Shown here piece by piece: positions 1-9,663 of a stretch of 64,000 nt of DNA. The first letter of the stretch is position 1. The number at the start of each line of letters is the position of its first letter. The notes below the pieces were generated by a model that did not search any database, was not told where the DNA came from, and saw nothing but the letters and a program-made list of their open reading frames with translations. Made by a program: the position numbers and the translations under genes. The stretch is from Pelagomonas calceolata (lineage: Eukaryota). The stretch lies in NCBI GenBank assembly GCA_918797485.1, contig CAKKNE010000005.1, forward strand, positions 4,402,001 through 4,466,000. Direction: 5' to 3'.

Positions 1-3000
1 ACCGACGACGCGGACGACGCGTGCGGCACGCTCGTCGCGACGCTCGCGGCCTCCGTGACCGTCACCAAGGACGCGGCCTCCTACCCCGTCACGATCCCCA
101 ACGAGATCGACGGCGCGCCCCTCGACGGCACGGGCTACTACCTCGTCATGAGCGTCATCTACGACCGCCGCAAGCTCAGCACCGGCGCGACGTCCTTCGC
201 GACCGGCACCTTCGGCGTCGTGGCCTTCTACCCCACGCCGCGGCCGACGCGCGTGCCCTGGCCCGCGCCGACGGCGCACCCCTCCGTGTCGCCGACCGTG
301 TCGCCGACGCCCGAGCCGACCGAGGGCCCGACGCCGCGGCCGACGCCCAAGCCCACCATGTGGCCCACGGCGGCGCCGACGGCCGAGCGCCTGCCCTTCC
401 AGATCCGGACCCAGGGCACGGCCCAGAACGGCGACTGGACGGACCGCTCGCTCAACTTCGAGGAGCCCGCCCGGACCAAGATCCAGTTCATCCAGGGCGC
501 GGGCTACATCTCCGAGACCGGCTGCGCGCGCGCGTACCCCGGCGTCGACTTCGCCGCCGCCACGTCCTCCGTCGCCACGAAGGACGACTTCCTGGGCCAG
601 TGCGGCCAGCAGGCGCAGTACGGCCCGTTCGTCTTCGACTTCGAGTTCGACGTCCTGCTCGTCGAGGCGGCGACGGACGCCGTCGTCCAGATCCTCTGCT
701 CGGGCTGCCAGTCCGACGGCGAGAACATGTGGACGGGCGACTGGACGCCGGACCGCGCGAAGGTCGACGCCTCCTTGCCGACGACGCTGTACAGAATCAA
801 GGTCGTCGAGTACTCCTACGGCCTCGTGGGCCGCTCGTCGCCCCTGACGGTCCAGGACGGCGTCTTCGACCCGACGCCCCGGCCGACGCCGACGCCGACG
901 CCCGCGCCGACGCCCGAGGCGAGCAACCCGACCTCGGTGCCGATCCCCGCGCCGACGATGCTGCCGACGGAGAACACGCTCTCCATGGAGCTCCACGGCG
1001 CCGACGGCCACCTCGTGCCCCTCTGGAAGAGCGGCGACGGCGGCTACCTCGCGGCGGGCGAGTCCGTGACGGGCACGCTCCGCTTCACGGGCGACGAGGA
1101 CCAGAGCCGGCAGGTCACGATCCGGCTCTGCCGCGGCGAGGCCGTCGCCGGCCCCGACCTGTGCACGGACCGCGACGGCAAGTTCGTGGCCGAGGTCGGG
1201 TTCATGCAGCAGGTCGACTACGACGCCTCGGCGGCCTCCAACGACGGCACGCCGATCAGCTTCTCCGTGCCGACGGGCATCCAGGCCGGCAACAACTACT
1301 TCTTCGTGCTGTTCGCCTACGCGGACGCGCGGCGCAAGATGCTGGACAACGTGTCGCCGGCCGGCACCGCCGCCGCCGAGACGCAGACCTACGTCACGGG
1401 CGCCTTCACGGTCTACGACTACGCGCCGACGCCCGCGCCTTCTCCGTCGCCCTCGACGGCCGCGCCGTCGAACGTCGGGCGGGGCCCGACGCTGAACCCG
1501 ACGTACGAGCCCACGCCCAAGCCCGTGGAGGACATCCCCTGCACGGCCACCGTCGAGTCGGGCATCCCCGACGACAAGGTCTGGGAGTGGGGCCAGGACG
1601 TGGAGCTCAAGATCAAGATGTGCCACTGGTACTCGTACTCGTACGGCGTCGTCGACGTGCTCCTGTACGGCGACGAACCCAACGCGGACCCCGTCGACTC
1701 GCTCGCGCAGTACCAGAGCGTCCACGACAACACGCTTACCGTCAAGTACACGGTGCCCCAGTGCACGGACCAGGACCTCGTGACGGGCGAGTGCACCACG
1801 GATGGCCTCAACTTCCCCGACAACGAAGGCGTCCCGACAACGGGAAGTTCTAGGGACTCGTTCAAGCTCCGCATCATCGAGTACGGCCACGGCCTCGACA
1901 CGGGCGGCTGGACGGCCTCCGGGCAGTGGCCCCGCCAGGACCTCGAGTTCAAGATCCGCACCAAGCACATCCAGGCGCCCACGCCCGAGCCGACGAAGGC
2001 GCCGTCGCAGGACGGCACGATCGACTGCTTCCACACGGCGCTCTTCGCGGGCACTGATATGACGGGCGGCACTGGAAATGTTGCGGCAGGTCAGGTCGAG
2101 ATGAACAAGATCCGCAAGTTCAGCACCTACGGCGACGGCCTCACGGCGCCGCTGGTGCCGGGCGCCGAGATCTTCGCGAACATCGAGTACTGGCCCCTGG
2201 ACCGGTACAGCTCGGGCCGCGGCACGGCCCGGGGCGACGGCACGTTCCGCAAGGCCACGGCCAAGGAGGGCCAGCTGCGGTGGAGCGTCTGCTCCGACGA
2301 CATGACGACCGTGTGTGGCGTCGACGAGGACTGCCCCGCAACCGGGGCCACGTGCGTCGCCGACCCCCTGGGCGGCCGGGGCCGCTTCGTCTACCCGTAC
2401 GTCGACGGCCCGATCGCGAACACGGACGGCGCCCCTGCCGGTGGCGGCACCGCCGACCCCGGCGTCGGCGACGCGTACGCGGGAGAATGCTCTACCGATG
2501 GTGTCCTCGGCGCCGGGTCGGGCACAGACTGCAAAGACGACCTCGACTGCACCGCTGTGCCCGGGGAGACGTGCGTGCCGGTGGCCTACGGCGCAGTCTG
2601 CTCCGACGACATGACGACCGCGTGTGCCGTAAACAACGACTGCACTGCCCCCGCCACATGCGTGCTCAAGCCCACCGACCGGCAGGGGTACCTCACGGAG
2701 CCCGAGCCGATGCACACGTACTGGCCGTTCGGCTACAACCGGACGACCCACGCTTGGACGTACGGGTACTGCCCCCTTGCGCCCGGCTCCGACAAGACGT
2801 GCTGCTGCGAGACCGACTCGGACGCCCCCGGGTACGTCGAGGATTGCGAGACGCGGTACCCCGAATGGGACTGTTCGTCCATGAAAACGGGTGACATGAA
2901 GGTCGTGCCCGTCACGCGCCAGAACGTCACGGTGGCCGCCAAGGCCACGAAGGTGACGCTGCGCCTCTGCCGCGGCGAGTGCCACAACGACAAGAACTTG

Positions 3001-5055
3001 GGGCACGTCTCCGACGCCGGCGACCGCAAGAAGGGCGACAAGGAGTCGGCCGACGCCCACGGCTTCTTCGGCGCGCTCAAGTACGACGTCCAGGTCGACG
3101 CGAACGGCCCGCTCGGGTACGGCACGGACGGCGCGTCGCTCGCGGCCGGCGAGAACGGCCCGTACGAGTCGATTACGCGGGCCGGTGCGGGCGCGTGGAC
3201 GGTCTGGGGCTCGGGGGGCCACCCCAACGCCCAGAGCTACGGCGTCGTCGGCGGCAAGGTCCCGCTGACGCTCCCGACCGACCTCGAGACGGCCGACGAC
3301 TACCGGATCCTCGTGCACGAGGAGTCGACGGGCCTCACGTGCCGGAGCGACTACTTCACCATCGCCAACGCCGGCGAGGTCCCGACGCCCTCGCCCGTCC
3401 GCAAGGCGCCCCCGACGCCGCGGCCGACGGAAGGGGCGACGCACGCGCCGACGCCCGCGCCGACGCCGTCCACGATCACCTTCGTGCCCGAGCCCCAGTT
3501 CTGGCAGAAGGAATCCACCCAGACCGTGGAGATCCGCATCGGCGACGTCGACCAGGCCTACTCCTACGGCTTCGGCGCCGTCGTGGACCTGCTCCTCTAC
3601 GAGGCCGACGGCGCGGACCCCGTCGGCACGCTCGCCGTCTACGCCCAGGTCACGGGCAACAAGCTGAGCGTGGACTACCCCGTCCCGGCCGGCCTCGCGG
3701 GCACCGACTTCCGGCTCCGCGCCATCGAGTACACGCGCGGCCTCGACGTCTACTCGAAGCCGTTCGCCATCGGCGACGCCGCGCCGGTCCCGGCGCCGAC
3801 GGCCAAGCCGTCGACGGCCGCGCCGTCCCTGGCGCCGACGGCGGACACGGTCGTCGTCGAGGTCAGCGGCGTCGACGTCGGCGGCACGCTCGTCAAGGAC
3901 GAGAAGTACGACCTCCAGGTGCGCTTCACGGGCGACACCTTCGACGAGCCGACGACGGTCGTCGTCTGCCGCGAGGAGTCCCTCAAGCACAACCGCTGCC
4001 CGCTGAACCCCGCGGGCGACGGCGCGCAGGACGCCATCGCCAACAACGCGCACGACGGCGACGCCGTCCTCGCCCTCAAGGTCGCGGCGAGCACGACCTT
4101 CGACTACACGCCCGCCGCCACGGGCCGCTACGTCTTCCAGGCGTGGACCGCGACGCAGGGCGCCTTCACGTCGCCGACGTACACGGTCGCGACCACGGCG
4201 CCGGCGGCGGACGCCGCCGCCGCCGCGCCGGCGACGCCGCCGGCGCCGACGGCGCGGCCGACGGACGCGCCCACGGGCAAGGGCCTCCAGGTCTCGGCCG
4301 GCGGCGACTTCTGGGTCGCCGGCGACGCCGCGACGGTGTCGGTGCAGTACACGGGCGTCGCGGCGGGCTCGGACACGGACACGTGCTACTTCGACGTCGT
4401 CCTCATGCAGGGCGACGCGCAGGTGTCCGCGCTCGCGACGGGCGCCGAGAGCCGGAACTGCAAGCTCACGCTGAGCGTCGACACGGGCGCGCTGGCCGAG
4501 GGCACGTACACGATCCAGGCGAGCGAGTACACGCGCGGCTGGGTCGGCGCCTCGGACGACGTCGCGGTCGTCGCGACGGCGCCCGCGCCGTCGCCGACGG
4601 CCGCGCCGGCGCCCGCGCCGACGCCGGCGCCCGTCGCGGCGCCCGTCCCGACGGCCGCGCCGACGCCGTCGGGCATCTCCGTCACGGAGAGCCTCGCGGG
4701 CGCGACGGTCGCCGCCGGGGCCTCGTTCACGGCCGAGCTCGCGTACACGGGCAACCTGAAGAAGGCCGACGGCGTCGTGACCCTCCGGATATGCGAGGGC
4801 TCGGCGACGCCGTACGCGGGCCCGGCGGACGCGTACGACTCCTGCGCCCAGGCGGGCGACAATCTGGCCACGGCCGAGGCGGCGAGCGACGGCAGCTGGG
4901 CCGGCTCCGACCTCGCGCTGCCCGCGGACCTCGCCGCCGGCACGTACTACCTGCGCGCCGACACGATCGCGCGGGACGCGGACGGCGCGACCATCGACCT
5001 GGCCTACGGCGCGAACCGGCTCGCGTACGTCGGCGCGAGCTTCACGGTCGCGTAG
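1..5055 (+). CDS. Large Pro/Thr-rich (PTPAP linker) multi-module extracellular/cell-surface protein, 5'-incomplete
   Basis: Frame is open from base 1 with strong GC3 bias. PTPxPT linkers separate repeated beta-rich modules (VVDxLLY...DPV.xLA.Y...LR.IEY..GLD) and Cys-rich CSDDMTT.C...DC repeats. Confidence 0.8.
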   Translation, partial: TDDADDACGTLVATLAASVTVTKDAASYPVTIPNEIDGAPLDGTGYYLVMSVIYDRRKLSTGATSFATGTFGVVAFYPTPRPTRVPWPAPTAHPSVSPTVSPTPEPTEGPTPRPTPKPTMWPTAAPTAERLPFQIRTQGTAQNGDWTDRSLNFEEPARTKIQFIQGAGYISETGCARAYPGVDFAAATSSVATKDDFLGQCGQQAQYGPFVFDFEFDVLLVEAATDAVVQILCSGCQSDGENMWTGDWTPDRAKVDASLPTTLYRIKVVEYSYGLVGRSSPLTVQDGVFDPTPRPTPTPTPAPTPEASNPTSVPIPAPTMLPTENTLSMELHGADGHLVPLWKSGDGGYLAAGESVTGTLRFTGDEDQSRQVTIRLCRGEAVAGPDLCTDRDGKFVAEVGFMQQVDYDASAASNDGTPISFSVPTGIQAGNNYFFVLFAYADARRKMLDNVSPAGTAAAETQTYVTGAFTVYDYAPTPAPSPSPSTAAPSNVGRGPTLNPTYEPTPKPVEDIPCTATVESGIPDDKVWEWGQDVELKIKMCHWYSYSYGVVDVLLYGDEPNADPVDSLAQYQSVHDNTLTVKYTVPQCTDQDLVTGECTTDGLNFPDNEGVPTTGSSRDSFKLRIIEYGHGLDTGGWTASGQWPRQDLEFKIRTKHIQAPTPEPTKAPSQDGTIDCFHTALFAGTDMTGGTGNVAAGQVEMNKIRKFSTYGDGLTAPLVPGAEIFANIEYWPLDRYSSGRGTARGDGTFRKATAKEGQLRWSVCSDDMTTVCGVDEDCPATGATCVADPLGGRGRFVYPYVDGPIANTDGAPAGGGTADPGVGDAYAGECSTDGVLGAGSGTDCKDDLDCTAVPGETCVPVAYGAVCSDDMTTACAVNNDCTAPATCVLKPTDRQGYLTEPEPMHTYWPFGYNRTTHAWTYGYCPLAPGSDKTCCCETDSDAPGYVEDCETRYPEWDCSSMKTGDMKVVPVTRQNVTVAAKATKVTLRLCRGECHNDKNLGHVSDAGDRKKGDKESADAHGFFGALKYDVQVDANGPLGYGTDGASLAAGENGPYESITRAGAGAWTVWGSGGHPNAQSYGVVGGKVPLTLPTDLETADDYRILVHEESTGLTCRSDYFTIANAGEVPTPSPVRKAPPTPRPTEGATHAPTPAPTPSTITFVPEPQFWQKESTQTVEIRIGDVDQAYSYGFGAVVDLLLYEADGADPVGTLAVYAQVTGNKLSVDYPVPAGLAGTDFRLRAIEYTRGLDVYSKPFAIGDAAPVPAPTAKPSTAAPSLAPTADTVVVEVSGVDVGGTLVKDEKYDLQVRFTGDTFDEPTTVVVCREESLKHNRCPLNPAGDGAQDAIANNAHDGDAVLALKVAASTTFDYTPAATGRYVFQAWTATQGAFTSPTYTVATTAPAADAAAAAPATPPAPTARPTDAPTGKGLQVSAGGDFWVAGDAATVSVQYTGVAAGSDTDTCYFDVVLMQGDAQVSALATGAESRNCKLTLSVDTGALAEGTYTIQASEYTRGWVGASDDVAVVATAPAPSPTAAPAPAPTPAPVAAPVPTAAPTPSGISVTESLAGATVAAGASFTAELAYTGNLKKADGVVTLRICEGSATPYAGPADAYDSCAQAGDNLATAEAASDGSWAGSDLALPADLAAGTYYLRADTIARDADGATIDLAYGANRLAYVGASFTVA

Positions 5056-5161
5056 GCGAGCAATTCCCCCCCTCCCACCCTCCCCCCGCCCCCGCCCCAC
5101 CTCCCCGAACCCGGCCCTAACATGTAGCCAACCTGAAACTTGGAGTGCCCGGGGACAGATA

Positions 5162-5722
5162 TTACGTGGGTGACGCTTCGTCGTCGTCGCCGCCGCCGTC
5201 GATGGCCGCGAGCGCCGCGAGGAGCGCGCGGCAGCGGTCGCCGTCGGAGACGTAGAGCGCGCCGGCGAGGCACTCGAGGCCCGACGCGTCGGCGTAGACG
5301 CTCGCCGCGAGCCGTCGCGGGCCCCGGCGGCCCACGGCGTTCCGCCCGCGGCGGAGCCACGCGTCGTCGGCCTCGGAGAGCGCGAAGCCGCCGACCGGCC
5401 CCCGCCGGAGCCGCGCGACGGCGGCGGCCTGCGCCTCGGCGCGGACCGCCGCGACGACCCGCCGCTGCTGGTCCGCGAGCTTCGCCGGAGGCCAGATGCT
5501 GCGCCCGCGCCAGAAGAGCTCGAGCACCGCGTCGCCGACGTACGCGAGCGCGTTCGGCGACAGCCGCGCGCAGTCGAGCGTGCCGCGCGCGTCGTCGCTC
5601 GCGAGGCGGAAGAGCTCGTCCGCCGGCGCGCTGCGCAGGCGGGTCCGGTGCACCCGTCGCGCGCCTGGCTGCCACCCTGCTGCGACGCCCATGCACGCTG
5701 CGACCATGCTGAGGGCGCGCAT
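5162..5722 (-). CDS. Mini-ribonuclease III (Mini-III/MrnC family), probably plastid-targeted
   Basis: LAYVGDAVLEL, VRAEAQA, LRRGRNA and Y..ASGLECLAGALY motifs; signal-peptide-like N-terminus. Confidence 0.85.
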   Translation of the reverse strand: MRALSMVAACMGVAAGWQPGARRVHRTRLRSAPADELFRLASDDARGTLDCARLSPNALAYVGDAVLELFWRGRSIWPPAKLADQQRRVVAAVRAEAQAAAVARLRRGPVGGFALSEADDAWLRRGRNAVGRRGPRRLAASVYADASGLECLAGALYVSDGDRCRALLAALAAIDGGGDDDEASPT

Positions 5723-5791
5723 CGCTGGCCCGACCGTACACACAGCAACGAATGGGCAAGTTTGCCGCTGCTATCTCAGCTTCGAGAGCTT

Positions 5792-5814
5792 GCTAGTACC
5801 TTACAGCCGCTAGC
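5792..5814 (+). promoter_or_regulatory. CTAG-bracketed upstream element
   Basis: gctagtaccttacagccgctagc between divergent genes. Confidence 0.65.
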
Positions 5815-6027
5815 TCGCACTCCGCCGAGCCCGCATAAATCACTGGCAATTGAGCCCCGAGCCTCCAGAGCTCGCGGGTTTCTACGTCGACAACCATTCC
5901 GGCTAGCCCGGCCGCCTATCGTTCGCACTGACACCAAACAGCTGAGGAGGACCGCTGTGCCAAACCGGGCCAATCCGAGACGCTTTGGCTGCAGGACTCT
6001 GCAGCACCCAAGCGCAGTGCCACGACC

Positions 6028-7110
6028 ATGCCGGCGCGCGTCGTCTGCGCCTTCCTCCTCTGGCGCGCGGCCGGGGCCTTCCGGCCGGGAAACCCGCCCC
6101 GGCCGCGGGCCGCGACGGCGCGCCGCGCCGAGGCCGCGCCCGGGCCGGCGCCCCCGCTCGGCGGCGGCCGCGGCGTGCCGCTCGGCCCGCCGGCGGCGGC
6201 CTCGGAGCCGGGCTACGAGCGCTGGATCAGCTCGCAGCTGCGCACGAACCGCATCCAGGACGCGACGCGGGGCTTGAAGGACAAGGTCGTCGACGCGCTG
6301 CGGCGGCCCGACGCCGAGGCCGAGCTCGCGACCATAGGAAGGGACCTGAACCTCCTCGTCACGAGCGGCAACACGGGCGTCACCGAGCGGGCGCGGTCGA
6401 CGCTGCTCACGCAGCAGCGGGCCTGGGAGGAGCTCCTGCCCGTGCGCGCCGCGTTCCCGCGGTACGCGCGCTTCGTCGCGGCCAAGGACGCCGGCCCGGC
6501 GGCGCGGCCGCCGGGCGCGCGCTTCGCCGCCGTCGCGCCCGTCGCCTTCGAGCGCGAGACGCGGCTCCTGGGCCCGTTCCTGAGCGCGGGCAGCGCCTGG
6601 GACGTGGCCGCCGAGGACGCGGCGACGCTCCGGCTGACGCCGCGCTTCGGCGGCGGCTGGTTCGTGCGGTGCCTCGGCGTGCCGCTGCCGCTGCCGCGCC
6701 TCGGCGCCGCGGCGCCGCGCGAGGTCGTCGTGCTCTACCTCGAGGGCGACGTGCTCGTGGCCGTCGACCGGCGCGGCGGCGGCGACGCGCTCCTCGTCTA
6801 CGCGGCGCCGCGGCTCCGCGGCTTCCGGAGCCCCTTTGGCTTGCGCGCGAAGCTCGCCGCGCTGCGCGTGCGGCGGCGCGAGCGCGCGCGGCGGAACGCG
6901 CGCGTCCGCGCCGCGAAGAAACCCAAGGGCGCGGCGCTCGTCGGCGACGTCGCCTGGCGCGACACCTCGAGCGCCCTCGACGTCGACGAGGCGCGCATGC
7001 AGCGGTTCCTCGACGCGGACCCGCGGCGCCGCGAGAACTTCTCGGTCCAGGACATGCTCGACGGCCGCCTCAGCGCCGAGGACCCGCTCGGGGACCTGAT
7101 CTCGGACTAA
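6028..7110 (+). CDS. Putative plastid-targeted protein, weakly PAP/fibrillin-like
   Basis: Bipartite leader (..AAGAF); EVVVLYLEGDVLVAVDRRGGGDALLVY resembles the fibrillin C-terminus; GC3 bias. Confidence 0.55.
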   Translation: MPARVVCAFLLWRAAGAFRPGNPPRPRAATARRAEAAPGPAPPLGGGRGVPLGPPAAASEPGYERWISSQLRTNRIQDATRGLKDKVVDALRRPDAEAELATIGRDLNLLVTSGNTGVTERARSTLLTQQRAWEELLPVRAAFPRYARFVAAKDAGPAARPPGARFAAVAPVAFERETRLLGPFLSAGSAWDVAAEDAATLRLTPRFGGGWFVRCLGVPLPLPRLGAAAPREVVVLYLEGDVLVAVDRRGGGDALLVYAAPRLRGFRSPFGLRAKLAALRVRRRERARRNARVRAAKKPKGAALVGDVAWRDTSSALDVDEARMQRFLDADPRRRENFSVQDMLDGRLSAEDPLGDLISD

Positions 7111-7449
7111 TACATGGCGCGGTTTTTTTTCTTCTTGCTTTGCTTAGAGCTAGGTTGCCTAGCGACCCGGCCGACGGCTCCCTGCGTGACCGGACGCCTA
7201 GACGAACGCCCGCCCCGCCCCCGGCCCTCATACGCCGTCGCCCCGAGTGGTAGCTCGGAGGACCGGGGGCTAGAGCCCCCCGAGGACGCGCTCATCGTAG
7301 CCGGCACGCGCCTCGCCGACCTGCGCGCGGAGAGCACGTAGCGTGCCCAGGCATCCATCCCTAGCTTCTTTAGCCGTTGTTATAGGCATACAAACTTACA
7401 GGTACAGGCCCGCGCGGCGCTTGTGCCGCTAAAGCGGGGGGTCGGCGAG

Positions 7450-7815
7450 CTACTCGTCGTAGATCTCATCGACGGCGCCGTCGATGAGCATGGCCGCTGC
7501 CATCAGCGGCGACGACGCGAAGGTCTTCCACTGGTCGGAAGATCCCCGCGCGATAACATGCATGACGCTCGACGGCGTCGCGTCGGACGAGCGCCGCCGT
7601 GCGTACTTGCGCCGCCGTGCGTCCGTACCGTGATGCGGAACGTCCATAGAAGGCGTCGCCCTCGGCGCCTCGCGCGCTGTGCTCCAATCGATGATCGACG
7701 GCATCGCTGGAGGAGGATGTGCCTCCTTGCATCCCAAAATCGCGTCCAGTCTCGGCAATTGTTGCAGCGTCGGAGTTACGACAGCTGCGGGCCGCGTTGC
7801 GGGTGGCGTATTCAT
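7450..7815 (-). CDS. Small hypothetical protein
   Basis: ATG at 7815 within ORF 7450..8232; no recognisable motif. Confidence 0.35.
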   Translation of the reverse strand: MNTPPATRPAAVVTPTLQQLPRLDAILGCKEAHPPPAMPSIIDWSTAREAPRATPSMDVPHHGTDARRRKYARRRSSDATPSSVMHVIARGSSDQWKTFASSPLMAAAMLIDGAVDEIYDE

Positions 7816-8337
7816 CTTTTTGCGCCGTCGCTCGGCTCGAGAAGCACGGCACGCGACCAGCGCCGAGGCTCGCGACAAGGCCTTCGAGCTTCGGCACGCT
7901 TCCGCTTTGGGCACACGTCTACGCCTCCTCCGGCGTCCCACGACCGCTTGTCGGCGCCCGGGACGGCCTCCCGCAGTGCTAGCAGGGACAGGTGGGGCTA
8001 CATGGTGTGCCCGCTTTTGGGCTAATTTGGTGCTGGACCGCTCTCCCCCTGTTCTAGACGTGTCTTGCGATTCGGAATGACGGCTAGCGCGTGATATTAT
8101 GTGATATAGCAGTCTCAGAGCGAGCCAAGAGGTGATGACCGCATCGCATGCGTGGGAGCTGTGCTCCGACACCATATTCAAGCTCAAACGTTGCAACAAA
8201 ACACGAAAACGCGCGGAAGTACCACATTTCATAATAGGAAGCGTGCGAGCAGCCGAAATCTATAACAGGCGCGCGTTGAAGCGGCAGACAAGCAAGGCGC
8301 TGCCGCTGCACCGGCAAGCCCCCGCGACCGCCCTTTG

Positions 8338-9000
8338 ATGAACTCCCTCTTCTCGCGCATGGGCACAAGCTGGTCCGCGCGCCCCAACGACGCGCCGCCG
8401 CCGCCCGGCGACGGCCCGCGGGCGCCGCCGCCGCCGCCGCTCGGCGCGCCGCAGCCGCCCGGCAAGGACGACGACGTCTACCGGCCGCGCGACCGCAGCC
8501 CCGACTCCGTCATCGAGGACGTGGGCGCCTGGGCGCGCGACGACGGCTCGGACGCGAGCAGCGCGGCGACGCCGCCGCCGCGCGCGCTCGCGCGCGCCGC
8601 GTCCGCGCCGGCCGCCGCGAGCTGCGGCGACCTGCGCGGCATCCTCGCGGACAAGCCGAAGAAGAAACTTCGCAAGTCCGTGTCCTTCCACAGCACGGTC
8701 TCTCTGGTAAGAAGCGAGTCGCTCAGCGACCTGCCCGCCGAGGAGAAGCACCGCATCTGGTACCGCTCCGACGACTACTCGCGCTTCGTCCACTCGGAGC
8801 TCGGCCGCCGCCGCGAGATGGGCGTCACGTCGACGTCCCTCATCATGCCGACGCGCGTCGCGCACTTCGAGGTCGAGGACGACTACGCGAGCGACGGCGA
8901 CGCGCGCATGGACGACTGGCGCGTCGGCTGCGACTCGGACTCGTACTCGGACTCGGACGAGGGCTCCGGCGGCGACGCGCCCGTGCGCGTCGTCGGCTGA
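8338..9000 (+). CDS. Hypothetical protein with KSVSF (RVxF-like)...E.K..IWY...Y motif
   Basis: GC3-biased ORF; motif pattern resembles a common stramenopile hypothetical family (recollection). Confidence 0.65.
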   Translation: MNSLFSRMGTSWSARPNDAPPPPGDGPRAPPPPPLGAPQPPGKDDDVYRPRDRSPDSVIEDVGAWARDDGSDASSAATPPPRALARAASAPAAASCGDLRGILADKPKKKLRKSVSFHSTVSLVRSESLSDLPAEEKHRIWYRSDDYSRFVHSELGRRREMGVTSTSLIMPTRVAHFEVEDDYASDGDARMDDWRVGCDSDSYSDSDEGSGGDAPVRVVG

Positions 9001-9052
9001 GGCCTGCCGCTCCCTCGACCCCCGCGGGCGCAGATCTGCCTAAGGCGGTTCC

Positions 9053-9194
9053 GATCGGTTTGCTAGTGGTCTTCCGCGGCGGGGGCGTGGGCGTGGCGCT
9101 GGAGGTGTGGACCGACGTGTTGATCGAAGCTATTTGCTAGTGTTCTTCCGCGGCGAGGGCGTGGGGGGCGCCTCGCGTTGGAGAGGTGTGCTCC
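9053..9194. repeat. Degenerate tandem duplication of about 70 bp
   Basis: tttgctagtggtcttccgcggcgggggcgtggg...ggaggtgtggaccg versus tttgctagtgttcttccgcggcgagggcgtggg...gagaggtgtgctccg. Confidence 0.7.
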
Positions 9195-9474
9195 GTGCGC
9201 GGCGCGAGGGGCTCCGCTGCAGCCCAAAGTTGGGCTACCCCACCAACTTTATGTAAGTGCACCGCGTGCCAAATTTGGTGGCTTGGGATGGCGTGTGGGC
9301 TGCGCTGGGTGGCATCTTACAAAAAGTGGGATGTGCGGTATACAAGCTCGTAAACCCTCGCTTGTGTAACAGCGAGGAACGTACTCCTCTTATGAGCCAA
9401 ATGGGCGGGAGAGGATGTCGTAAAACCCCAACCCATCGTTCTACTCGATACTTTCTCCCGGCAGGCTCGGAGAC

Positions 9475-9495
9475 CTAGCGCATGTAAGACACTAG
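9475..9495 (-). promoter_or_regulatory. CTAG-bracketed upstream element
   Basis: ctagcgcatgtaagacactag, upstream of MGAT1. Confidence 0.65.
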
Positions 9496-9663
9496 GGATG
9501 CCTTCGCAAAGCCAGGGGCGGTGTTTGAGGGTGCGCATATACACTCAGATCTGATTTCTCATATCGACCATCGCGTAGCAACAGCGTCCTGCCTCCTCTC
9601 AGCCGAGACAACCTGCTCCACCTGAGCAAAGGCAGCAAAAGCCTGCTGACTACAATAAAACAA

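Noticed and set aside
21..5120. Long Arg-rich alternative-frame and antisense ORFs (e.g. 21..1853, 2979..5120, and similar ones across the window)
   Set aside because: Shadow ORFs caused by extreme GC3 bias in the real genes; low-complexity R/G/A/P translations with no motifs.
7110..7440. GC hairpin gggggctagagccccc and short ORFs between convergent genes
   Set aside because: Single occurrence with no TSD or recognisable RNA or protein family, so it cannot be supported as an element.
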